A DNA stretch of 46,453 nucleotides from an uncultured Gammaproteobacteria bacterium (GTDB lineage: Bacteria; Patescibacteriota; Patescibacteriia; UBA1544): positions 1 through 46,453 of the forward strand of contig CAZZDA010000003.1 in the NCBI GenBank assembly GCA_964652585.1. The letters run 5' to 3'. This document shows positions 18,722 to 27,831 of the stretch, in pieces; within the stretch, counting starts at the first letter, position 1; each line of letters begins with the position of its first letter. The notes beneath the pieces are model-generated. The model did not search any database. It was not told the origin of the DNA and worked only from the letters and a program-made list of their open reading frames with translations. The position numbers and the translations under genes were made by a program.

Positions 18722-19099
18722 ATGTCTTATCACAATATTTTAAAAAGCACCTCTCTTTCATATAACGCCATACTTGTAGTCATCTATGGTATGCTCTTTT
18801 TCCTGGACACACATACCACGCTCTTGCTACAATTTTTATGGTACATATTTGTTTTTTACTTTTTCCTTGTTGTTCCTGGATGGTTGTGCATCTCTTTATT
18901 GAAACTACACTCTCTAGAAATAACTTTGTGGGAAAAGGCAGTACTCTCCACAGCACTTTCCCTTGCACTCCACATGTTCCTACTCTTTAACACAGCACTG
19001 ATAGGATTTAAGATCAATCTGACAACCATTACTGTTCTTAATGTATTGCTTATTGTGTCTTTTGTAGCTATCATCAAGATACAGCGTACGAGAAAATAA
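18722..19099 (+). CDS. small membrane protein (DUF1616-like)
   Basis: Four hydrophobic segments, VVPGW..EKAVLSTALS. Confidence 0.55.
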   Translation: MSYHNILKSTSLSYNAILVVIYGMLFFLDTHTTLLLQFLWYIFVFYFFLVVPGWLCISLLKLHSLEITLWEKAVLSTALSLALHMFLLFNTALIGFKINLTTITVLNVLLIVSFVAIIKIQRTRK

Positions 19100-19162
19100 A
19101 TACAAATTTTTTACATGGGGTAGGTACATGATTTCGTATCATTCAACATTACATCAAATATA

Positions 19163-20242
19163 ATGCACTCTCTAGACAAGCAATACTGTATGGATACTCA
19201 TAAAAAAACTATACTCTTTGTCTGCGGAGCACGACGATCGTATGTGCGCAATACACTCAATATAAAGACACTTCAACGATTTTTTAATGTTATTGAGATA
19301 ACATCAAATCATTCTTCATATTTCATACGCCTTTTTGTTGTTACTGCAAAGTTTATATTTTGTTTTAAGAGATATAATTATGTTTTTGCCGGATTTTTAG
19401 CGCAGCCTCTCATACCCTTTATAAAACTTCGTACAAGAAAGTTAGTAATTTTTGACGCTTTTATCTCATTATATGATACACTTTGTTTTGATCGTAAATT
19501 GTGTAGCCCTGTGTCTTTTCTTGGAAAAGCGGCTCATTGGCTAGATACAAAATCTTGCACATGGTCAAAATCTATACTTACCGACACAAAGGCACACGCT
19601 GATTATTTTGCTGAAACATTCAGTATTCAACGAGACAAAATTAAGGCTTTATATTTAGGAGCAGACACCTCTCTTTTTTATCCACAAGATCCAAAAGAAA
19701 AAAGTAACAAATTTACCGTCTTTTATTATGGATCCGGCATACCCTTACAAGGTATTGATGTGATACTCAAGGCAGCAAAAATTTTAGAAAAAGAGGCAAA
19801 TATTATTTTCCATTTAGTTGGTCCTATAAGAAAAAAATATGCTGCTCTCATAGAAATTCTCAATCCTCAAAACATCACTTTCACCGACTGGGTTCCCTAC
19901 GATCAGCTTCCACAAGAAATCGCAAAAGCTGATATCTGTTTGGGTGGGCACTTTTCTGATATTGATAAAGCTAAAAGAGTCATTTCCGGAAAGACATATC
20001 AATTTATAGCAATGAAAAAACCCGTTATTATAGGAGATAATGAAGCAAATAGAGAATTATTTGAAAATAATAAAAATGCATTACTGGTGAAAATGAATAA
20101 TGCACAAGCACTCGCAGAGTCAATTATAGAATTAAAAAACAAAAGAGAGTTTTTGAAGGAAATTGCAGAGAATGGATATAGTACTCTTTCTAAACAAGAG
20201 CTGTCTTGTAAAATAGACATGCTAACAAATTTTGCGGTGTAA
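19163..20242 (+). CDS. GT4 glycosyltransferase
   Basis: DAFISLYD, FYYGSGIPLQG, ADICLGGHF, KTYQFIAMKKPVI. Confidence 0.88.
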   Translation: MHSLDKQYCMDTHKKTILFVCGARRSYVRNTLNIKTLQRFFNVIEITSNHSSYFIRLFVVTAKFIFCFKRYNYVFAGFLAQPLIPFIKLRTRKLVIFDAFISLYDTLCFDRKLCSPVSFLGKAAHWLDTKSCTWSKSILTDTKAHADYFAETFSIQRDKIKALYLGADTSLFYPQDPKEKSNKFTVFYYGSGIPLQGIDVILKAAKILEKEANIIFHLVGPIRKKYAALIEILNPQNITFTDWVPYDQLPQEIAKADICLGGHFSDIDKAKRVISGKTYQFIAMKKPVIIGDNEANRELFENNKNALLVKMNNAQALAESIIELKNKREFLKEIAENGYSTLSKQELSCKIDMLTNFAV

Positions 20243-20302
20243 AATTGAAAAAAATCTTTCTTCTTGCTAAAATTACTTTTACTAATAAGGTAACTAAAAT
20301 AT

Positions 20303-20965
20303 ATGTGTAATGTGAATTCTATAAAGTGGGGAATAAAAAATTTAACAGAGCAAGATGTTCAGGGGAAAAGAATCCTTGAAGTAGGGTCGTACGATGTAAA
20401 CGGCAGTCTTCGCTATGGCACCGAACTTCTTAAACCAGCTGAATATATAGGCGTTGATATAGAAAAAGGTCCTGGAGTTGATATAATTTGCTCATCTGAT
20501 GACATGGTACAAAAATTCGGAGAGAACAGTTTTGATGTAGTGCTTTCCACGTGTTTACTTGAACATGTCAGGCATTGGAAAAATGCAGTTACAAATATGA
20601 AAAAGGTTTGTAAACCAAATGGTATCATTTTGATGATCGTACCCTCTCAATGGCCATTCCATGAATTTCCTTATGATTTTTGGAGATACACAAAAGAGGA
20701 TATAAAAAATATTTTTTCTGACTGTGAGATTCTAACCTTAGAAGAAGACCATCATAAACCATCATTGGTATATGCTAAAATAAAAAAGCCAAGCGAGTTT
20801 ACTGAAAATGATTTAACAGATTACCAGCTACACTCTGTTGTTACTAACAAAAAAACTAATGAGATACAAGATCGTGACTTGCAATCTTTTTATTTTAGAT
20901 ACTTAGTTTTCAAAAATAAAACTATTCATAAGCTACTGGAACTTGGAAGGAATATATTTTCTTAG
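20303..20965 (+). CDS. class I SAM-dependent methyltransferase
   Basis: ILEVGSYDVNG, FDVVLSTCLLEHV, HEFPYDFWRY. Confidence 0.88.
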   Translation: MCNVNSIKWGIKNLTEQDVQGKRILEVGSYDVNGSLRYGTELLKPAEYIGVDIEKGPGVDIICSSDDMVQKFGENSFDVVLSTCLLEHVRHWKNAVTNMKKVCKPNGIILMIVPSQWPFHEFPYDFWRYTKEDIKNIFSDCEILTLEEDHHKPSLVYAKIKKPSEFTENDLTDYQLHSVVTNKKTNEIQDRDLQSFYFRYLVFKNKTIHKLLELGRNIFS

Positions 20966-20995
20966 ATCCAATCTATCTTCTAATTTTAGTACAAT

Positions 20996-21772
20996 ATGTA
21001 TAGATTGCTACACACTAAGAAGCATTGGATACCTTATCCAAGATATATTTTTAGAAAAATATTAGCCCTAGAATTAATTAAAAAATATATCCATGGCGAA
21101 TCTTGTTTTTTAGAAGTTGGTGGTGGTGCCGGAGATTTTTCTATAGCACTTATTGATGCGGGATACAAAGGAAAGGTAATAGACTTTTCTGAATATTCTT
21201 ATGAAATTATTAAAGATGCTGTTACTGAAAAACAAGTGCAGAATTTACAAGTAGAAAAAAAGGGGCTCAATCAATTAGATGTAGACGAAAAATATGATTT
21301 TATCGTGTTTTTTGAAGTTCTAGAGCATATCAAGAATGATGACCAAGCAATAAAACAAATCAGTAATTTTCTAAAAAATGATGGTTATCTTGTACTTTCT
21401 GTTCCAGCTAAGAAAAATCTGTGGGATAACTGGGATATTTTAGCAGGACACGTAAAAAGATATGAAAAACATGAACTAATGAACCTGCTCAGAGATAATG
21501 GTTTTGAAATTACTCAATTCTATTCTTATGGCTTTCCTTTTCTTAATATACTCAAGATCGCCAGAAAATTCCTTATCAGAAAATCGCCAAGTAAGAGTAT
21601 GGTTGATAACACTAAAAAAAGTGGTATAAATATAGTTAGCATTCCACTGATTGGGATAATTTTTAATCAAGTCACATTACTCCCATTTATAAAATTTAGC
21701 AAATTATTTAATAAGCTTGATTTAGCAGAAGGATATTTATGCCTCGCAAAGAAGATACAAATCAAGAAATAA
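20996..21772 (+). CDS. class I SAM-dependent methyltransferase
   Basis: LEVGGGAG, FEVLEHI, LSVPA..WD..AGHVKRY. Confidence 0.88.
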   Translation: MYRLLHTKKHWIPYPRYIFRKILALELIKKYIHGESCFLEVGGGAGDFSIALIDAGYKGKVIDFSEYSYEIIKDAVTEKQVQNLQVEKKGLNQLDVDEKYDFIVFFEVLEHIKNDDQAIKQISNFLKNDGYLVLSVPAKKNLWDNWDILAGHVKRYEKHELMNLLRDNGFEITQFYSYGFPFLNILKIARKFLIRKSPSKSMVDNTKKSGINIVSIPLIGIIFNQVTLLPFIKFSKLFNKLDLAEGYLCLAKKIQIKK

Positions 21773-23196
21773 TATCTACCCCTTATGTAAAAATACTTTT
21801 TATATTTTTTTTCTTCATCTTTATAAAAGGCATCCTTTGGACATGGGTCATTCCTCCTTTTATGGTGCCGGATGAATCGGCGCATTTTGCCTATACACAA
21901 TATCTCGTTGAAGAAAAACAAATTCCTCACAACACCGTACAACCTTCTGTTTGGAACCGTAGTCAATCAGAGGAATTAAAACAAGCACTTGAACTCACTG
22001 AGAATCAAGATGTTATACTCACCACACAACACCAAAGCTACTACAAAGTGTCAAAAGATCTCACACCAAGCATTCTTACGGCAGATCGTAATACACCGCA
22101 TGAACAATATCATAATTCAGCAGCGGTGTATTCCCCGCTCTACTATGTGATAGAAAGCATTCCCTATCTTGCCGGATATGATTTGAACATCTTTCACCGC
22201 CTCTATCTTATGCGAGCATTCTCGCTTGTTTTTTTATTTATTACCACTATTTTTGCGTATAAAATTTCTTTTCTTGTTACCAAGGACAAATCCTTCGCTC
22301 TGGTAATAGCCGCTATTGCCAATCTCATGCCATCGGTGAACGCCACTTCATTTGCCGGCGTTAACAATGATGCCATTCTTATTGCGCTAAGCCACGCACT
22401 TTTCTTTTATCTCCTTTTAGTGCTGTTCAATAAAATGCACATCACCAAAAAAACTCTTTTTGGTATGGGTATACTTTTAGGATTCACCTTACTCACCAAA
22501 ACACAGGCAATTATTTTTTTACCTATAACTTTTGGCACATACATATATTGGGGAGTACAACAACACACCATCAGACGATCATTTGTTTACGGCATATTGG
22601 TATGTGGCATTGCCCTACTGATCGCCACACCTTTTATGATACCTCAACTCTTCTCACACCTTACAGATACACAAATAACCGCCACAGAAACGGCAATTTC
22701 CGCATCAACACTTCACCTGGCTGTTTTTCAGGATATATTTCGCAGACTCAATATATCGATGAATTTTTGGACACAGGTCGCTTTCTTTGACACGCTCTAT
22801 CCGTTATGGATATCTGCAACGCTCTTACTTTTCATGCTCCTCGCGCTTTGGGGTGTGCTACTATGGCTCATATCTAAAAAAAGTGGTAACAATGCCCATC
22901 TCCTGCTCTCGCTTATATTCTTTTTCTGTTCGTTCGTAGTACTTGAGATTTTCTATTCTGCGCTTTACTATAACAGCGCACTCAAATATCAGCACTTTGA
23001 TTTTCCCGGTCAGGGAAGATACTATTTCATGCTTCTCGCTCCGATCCTTATACTTTTTCTCTTCGGTCTCCGGTATTGGCTTAAAACGCTTTTCAAGGTG
23101 AACGAAAAATTATTGTATGCTGTCCTCATTATATTTTTCTCTTTCTTGCATAATTATGCATTGATCAATATAGCATTGCAGTATCACTACCTTTAA
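21739..23196 (+). CDS. GT-C membrane glycosyltransferase (DUF2142-like)
   Basis: PPFMVPDESAH, YSPLYY, VNND, LLTK, QGRY. Confidence 0.75.
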   Translation: MPRKEDTNQEIISTPYVKILFIFFFFIFIKGILWTWVIPPFMVPDESAHFAYTQYLVEEKQIPHNTVQPSVWNRSQSEELKQALELTENQDVILTTQHQSYYKVSKDLTPSILTADRNTPHEQYHNSAAVYSPLYYVIESIPYLAGYDLNIFHRLYLMRAFSLVFLFITTIFAYKISFLVTKDKSFALVIAAIANLMPSVNATSFAGVNNDAILIALSHALFFYLLLVLFNKMHITKKTLFGMGILLGFTLLTKTQAIIFLPITFGTYIYWGVQQHTIRRSFVYGILVCGIALLIATPFMIPQLFSHLTDTQITATETAISASTLHLAVFQDIFRRLNISMNFWTQVAFFDTLYPLWISATLLLFMLLALWGVLLWLISKKSGNNAHLLLSLIFFFCSFVVLEIFYSALYYNSALKYQHFDFPGQGRYYFMLLAPILILFLFGLRYWLKTLFKVNEKLLYAVLIIFFSFLHNYALINIALQYHYL

Positions 23197-23199
23197 AAT

Positions 23200-23877
23200 A
23201 TGTTTTCAAAGACGAGTAACTTTCAATTTTTCTTTATAAGTACGCTGGGCATTGTTTTGGCTATTCCAATAATGTTGTTTTTGCTCAATTCCTATTATGA
23301 CCGTTACAGTGATTGGTTAAAGATACGTAATAAAAATTCGACCGTCCCTTCTCCAATTTCTGTTGAAACATTGGAACAGTATTTTATCCACCCAAGCAAC
23401 AACTTGTCACGTATTACCATCAGAACATATAGTATTACTCCTTCCATATTCACCGCATCACTTTACGATACTGACGCTCGAGATACTCTACTGCGAGAAA
23501 ATACTCTTCACACACAGCAAGGAAAAGATACAGTATGGGAATTTGAACCAATTGCAGATTCACAATCGCAAGAATATGTACTCCGTATTGATATACTCCA
23601 AAACGCACAAGAAAATGTGAGACTAGGTCTATACCCTACAGATTCAAAAAATCTGGCACTCCAAATCAATAATGAACCCATTGAAAACGCCTCACTCGCT
23701 TTCTACACGGAATCGAAATTTCCGGACACCAAAGCAAAATTAGCAACACTTTATGACCGTATGCAAATATTCAAGCCGCATTTTGTACAAATAATGCTTG
23801 TACCTTCATTCATACTCTATCTACTCGCGTTTGGCAGTGCATTGTGGTATGGTTTGAAGAGATTATGGAATACATAA
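23200..23877 (+). CDS. hypothetical protein, extracellular beta domain between two TMs
   Basis: Tightly packed in the operon; N- and C-terminal hydrophobic segments. Confidence 0.65.
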   Translation: MFSKTSNFQFFFISTLGIVLAIPIMLFLLNSYYDRYSDWLKIRNKNSTVPSPISVETLEQYFIHPSNNLSRITIRTYSITPSIFTASLYDTDARDTLLRENTLHTQQGKDTVWEFEPIADSQSQEYVLRIDILQNAQENVRLGLYPTDSKNLALQINNEPIENASLAFYTESKFPDTKAKLATLYDRMQIFKPHFVQIMLVPSFILYLLAFGSALWYGLKRLWNT

Positions 23878-23886
23878 TAAGGAGTT

Positions 23887-25449
23887 ATGGGATACAGTAT
23901 ACCAAATTTTTTTAGAAAACATTCTACTGCTTCTTTACTGTTTCTTCTCACTATCATAGGAGCTATAGCACGCCTTTTACTTGCCGCGCGCGCGGGTTCT
24001 TTTTGGTTTGATGAAGCATTTTCCGTACACTTTGCCTCCATGCCATTGAGAGATATGGTGTCATACCTTCTTTACGAGCATCATCCCCTTGCACACTTTA
24101 CACTCCTCCATTACTGGATACAGTTCTTTGGCGACAGTGAATTTGTCACGCGTCTTCTTTCAGTAATTTTCGGCACGCTTGCTATACCGCTTGGATATTT
24201 TACGGGTAAAAAGTTTTTCAATACTAAGATAGGGTTATTCACTGCACTATTCATCACCTTCTCTTCTTTCCAGATATTTCATTCAGCGCAAGCAAGGATG
24301 TATGAAATGTTCTTTTTCTTTACACTACTTTCTCTGTATACTTTCTTGAAGTGGTATAAGAAACAAAGCACAAAGCACATAACACTATATGTTATTTCAA
24401 CAGCACTACTGATACATACACATATATTTGGGCTTTTTATACCAATCGCAGTTAATATATTTCTTTTATACGAACGATTTATTTTTAAATCCGGCAAACA
24501 TACACGATGGATGCCTTGGCTTACCGGACAATTTATTTTAGGCATAGCCTACCTTGCATGGCTCATACCCATGCTTTCACATAAGCTCTCTCAAAATCTC
24601 GGATCAGCATGGTTTTTTAATCAAGAATTGCCGCAATTTTTCCTGACAAGGTACTTGCAAGATTTTTTCTTTATTGGTAATTCTCTCATATTTCCTCTGG
24701 AGGCGCTCTTAGGTATTCTACTCGTTCTTACACTACTTGCCACACTTGCACGCATACATCTAGAAACTCTTGCGTCTTGGTCAATACAATGGTCAACAAC
24801 TCCGCAAATACGCCTGCTCTGGACACTTGTTATTATTTCCTTTATTCCCGCTCTTGCACTGCATTTAGACAATAGACCACAATATTTCATGACTGCGGCA
24901 GCGGTTGTGTATATACTGGTTGCAATGGGCATTACTCGCTTACTACACAAAGAGCAATATATTATATGGATAAGTATTGGTATAACGATCGTACTTATTG
25001 GAAGTACAGGTAGTATTTTACTTACAACACCAATCTTCAATACCGCACAACTTGCACAAACCATAGAACAGCAAGAGAAAGCAGATGACATCATAATTTT
25101 ACATAGTTTTATGACCCAACTGCCCTTTGATCGTTACTATCAAGGGTCACTTCCTGTGTATGGCTTCTATCCTCTTGAAGATACCAATGATCAAAACCTA
25201 CGCTACATACTACATAATTGGCATCCTATTGCTACTATGGAAAATGTCAATAAACTCTCCTCTCTGACAAAAGACGTACAGCGTATTTTTCTCGTATACT
25301 ACGTTACCGGACAAATCGATCATCAAGAACTCGTAAAAAATTGGCTTTTGCTCCATAACTGGCGTATAGTAGAAACATATACATATCCTGGACCTATCGA
25401 TCTGCCAGTACTTGTACTGGAAAAAGAAAATAATACCAATCCCTTATGA
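23887..25449 (+). CDS. GT39/PMT_2-like membrane glycosyltransferase
   Basis: SFWFDEAFS, HPLAHF, RLLSVIFG, QARMY, HTH. Confidence 0.82.
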   Translation: MGYSIPNFFRKHSTASLLFLLTIIGAIARLLLAARAGSFWFDEAFSVHFASMPLRDMVSYLLYEHHPLAHFTLLHYWIQFFGDSEFVTRLLSVIFGTLAIPLGYFTGKKFFNTKIGLFTALFITFSSFQIFHSAQARMYEMFFFFTLLSLYTFLKWYKKQSTKHITLYVISTALLIHTHIFGLFIPIAVNIFLLYERFIFKSGKHTRWMPWLTGQFILGIAYLAWLIPMLSHKLSQNLGSAWFFNQELPQFFLTRYLQDFFFIGNSLIFPLEALLGILLVLTLLATLARIHLETLASWSIQWSTTPQIRLLWTLVIISFIPALALHLDNRPQYFMTAAAVVYILVAMGITRLLHKEQYIIWISIGITIVLIGSTGSILLTTPIFNTAQLAQTIEQQEKADDIIILHSFMTQLPFDRYYQGSLPVYGFYPLEDTNDQNLRYILHNWHPIATMENVNKLSSLTKDVQRIFLVYYVTGQIDHQELVKNWLLLHNWRIVETYTYPGPIDLPVLVLEKENNTNPL

Positions 25450-26186
25450 AAGTAATTGCCGTTCTCCCCGCGTATAATGCCGCGAAAACACTCAAACAAA
25501 CACTTGATGATATTGATCGCAAGTTCGTTGATGACATTATTTTGGTTGATGACGCCAGTACCGATAACACCGTGGAGGTTGCAAAAAAACTGGGTATCAA
25601 AACGTTTGTTCATCAAAAAAATCTTGGATATGGAGGAAACCAAAAAACATGCTATAAAGAAGCACTTAAGCTTGGGGCCGATATTGTGGTCATGGTACAC
25701 CCCGACCATCAGTACAATCCAAAGCTTATCCCTCAACTCATAGAACCTCTACTCAAAGAGGAGGCAGATACTGTATTTGGCTCCCGTATGGCAGTCAAGG
25801 GCGGTGCGCGAAAAGGAGGTATGCCTTTGTGGAAATACATTCCCAATATTTTTCTTACTTTATTTGAGAATTTCTTTCTTGGGCTTACACTTACCGAATA
25901 TCACACCGGTTTTCGCGCATACTCCAAAGAGGTTCTTGAAACACTCCCTCTTGAACGCCTATCAGATGATTTTGTTTTTGATACGCAAATAATTATTCAA
26001 ATGATCGTGCATAACTTTAACAGTATTAAAGAAATTCCCATAGAAACGCGCTACTTCCCTGAAGCATCACAAATAGGACTCAAACGAAGCACAGAATACG
26101 GTCTCGGTATTGTATGGAACATCACCAAATACTTACTCACCAAATGGCGTATTAAAAAGTTCCCAGAGTATATAAAAGATGTATAA
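25446..26186 (+). CDS. GT2 DPM1-like glycosyltransferase
   Basis: VLPAYNA, LVDDASTD, NLGYGGNQK, HPDHQY, EYHTGFRAY. Confidence 0.92.
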   Translation: MKVIAVLPAYNAAKTLKQTLDDIDRKFVDDIILVDDASTDNTVEVAKKLGIKTFVHQKNLGYGGNQKTCYKEALKLGADIVVMVHPDHQYNPKLIPQLIEPLLKEEADTVFGSRMAVKGGARKGGMPLWKYIPNIFLTLFENFFLGLTLTEYHTGFRAYSKEVLETLPLERLSDDFVFDTQIIIQMIVHNFNSIKEIPIETRYFPEASQIGLKRSTEYGLGIVWNITKYLLTKWRIKKFPEYIKDV

Positions 26187-27831
26187 TTTTTTATCTCCAA
26201 AACTTACGAGTAACGAAAAAAAACTTTGGACAATCGTCACCATAGCACTTATTTTTATTACCACCCTACCCATTCTTTACGCTTGGCTTACTACACCCCA
26301 AGAAAGCTATTTTGTCGGATTTGGTTCGCTTGCTCCGGGAGATGTAAGTCTCTATTTCTCCTACTTTGAGCAAGTCAAACAGGGACATATTTTATTCAAA
26401 GACCTTTATACAAGCGAAGTGCAAACACGAACACTTTTCATACCGTTTTTTGCTTTTTGGGGATTTATAGGCAAGATCTTGCACTTAAACAATCCTCTCC
26501 TCTACCAAGTAGCACGCATCACACACCTTATCGCATTTATGAGCGTATTAAGTTATGCGATTGCCTATTTTTTTCACGGAATGCGTAAGCGAACCATCGC
26601 GCTTTTTTTTACGCTGTTCGCTTCAGGTTTAGGTGGATATATCGCACCTTTTTTTGAGCAATTTTCGTATGACACGACCGGATACTACCACTGGCCAATG
26701 GATCTATGGGTTACGGAATCAAACACCTTTCTTACACTGTATCACAATCCGTTATATATTTTTTCGCTTACACTTTTATTATTGACATTTCTATACTTTC
26801 TTTTGGCAATTGAGACCAATCAAAAAAAATGGATGCTGTATGGCGGAATTACCGCGCTACTCCTCATACAAACACACCCCTATCACATGCCAACACTTGC
26901 TAGTATTATGTTTGTTTTTATAGTAATGAGAGCAATACAAAAACAGCAATTCCTTTGGCGGTATTGGAAAACGGCAACCGTCATGGCGCTTATCGCGCTT
27001 CCCGCCGCTCTCTACTGGATATTGCTCTTGCAATACGACTGGCTCCTTGCGAGCCGCATCAATCAGCAAGGAGGATACGTTACCGTATGGTGGCTGACAC
27101 TCATCAGTTATGGATTTCTTGTACCTCTCGCACTACTCGGGATCTTTTCACGCGCCACACGCAATAATACCCGCTGGTTATTTCTCATAGCATGGCTTGC
27201 CACCAGCAGCATACTTATTCATCTCAATTTTCTTCAACATCCACGCCGTTTAACGGAAGGCTTGCAAATTCCATTAACCTTTCTGGCAGTAGAAGGTTTA
27301 TTTATTCTCGCCACAAAAATAAAACAACACATTCATCACACATCCATGTGGCACACACTTTATCATATGCGACCCATACGATGGATCGCATTTTTACTGC
27401 TCTTTTGCTTTTCACAGCTTTTTGTTATTGCAAATGACATAGCACTTGCCGTTAATCACGATCCGCGCCTCTACAGACCACAAGGAGAGTTTGCAGCGAT
27501 GCAATGGCTCAAAAATAACACCGCTGAAAACGCTGTTATTTTCAGCAATGTTATAAATGGCAATCTCATTCCGGGAATAACCGGACGAACCGTCTACGCG
27601 GGTCATTCATCTGAGACTGCGTTTTGGGAAACAAAAATAACGCGCATTGCTTTATGGTATGATGTCACGCAAGACTTTGAAAAAAAATATCAATTTTTGA
27701 CACAGAACAACATTATGTACGTGTGGTACAGCGATTTTGAAAAAATGTTAGGAGACTTTGACCCCCGCTCCTTACCACAACTGGGAGAAGTGTTTTCAAA
27801 TAATGAGGTTACTATTTTTGAAGTTCGTTGA
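26179..27831 (+). CDS. GT-C-like multi-pass membrane protein
   Basis: D..Y.SY..Q...G, DLW..ESNTF, HPY, AMQWLK..YAGH..ET tail. Confidence 0.65.
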   Translation: MYNFLSPKLTSNEKKLWTIVTIALIFITTLPILYAWLTTPQESYFVGFGSLAPGDVSLYFSYFEQVKQGHILFKDLYTSEVQTRTLFIPFFAFWGFIGKILHLNNPLLYQVARITHLIAFMSVLSYAIAYFFHGMRKRTIALFFTLFASGLGGYIAPFFEQFSYDTTGYYHWPMDLWVTESNTFLTLYHNPLYIFSLTLLLLTFLYFLLAIETNQKKWMLYGGITALLLIQTHPYHMPTLASIMFVFIVMRAIQKQQFLWRYWKTATVMALIALPAALYWILLLQYDWLLASRINQQGGYVTVWWLTLISYGFLVPLALLGIFSRATRNNTRWLFLIAWLATSSILIHLNFLQHPRRLTEGLQIPLTFLAVEGLFILATKIKQHIHHTSMWHTLYHMRPIRWIAFLLLFCFSQLFVIANDIALAVNHDPRLYRPQGEFAAMQWLKNNTAENAVIFSNVINGNLIPGITGRTVYAGHSSETAFWETKITRIALWYDVTQDFEKKYQFLTQNNIMYVWYSDFEKMLGDFDPRSLPQLGEVFSNNEVTIFEVR

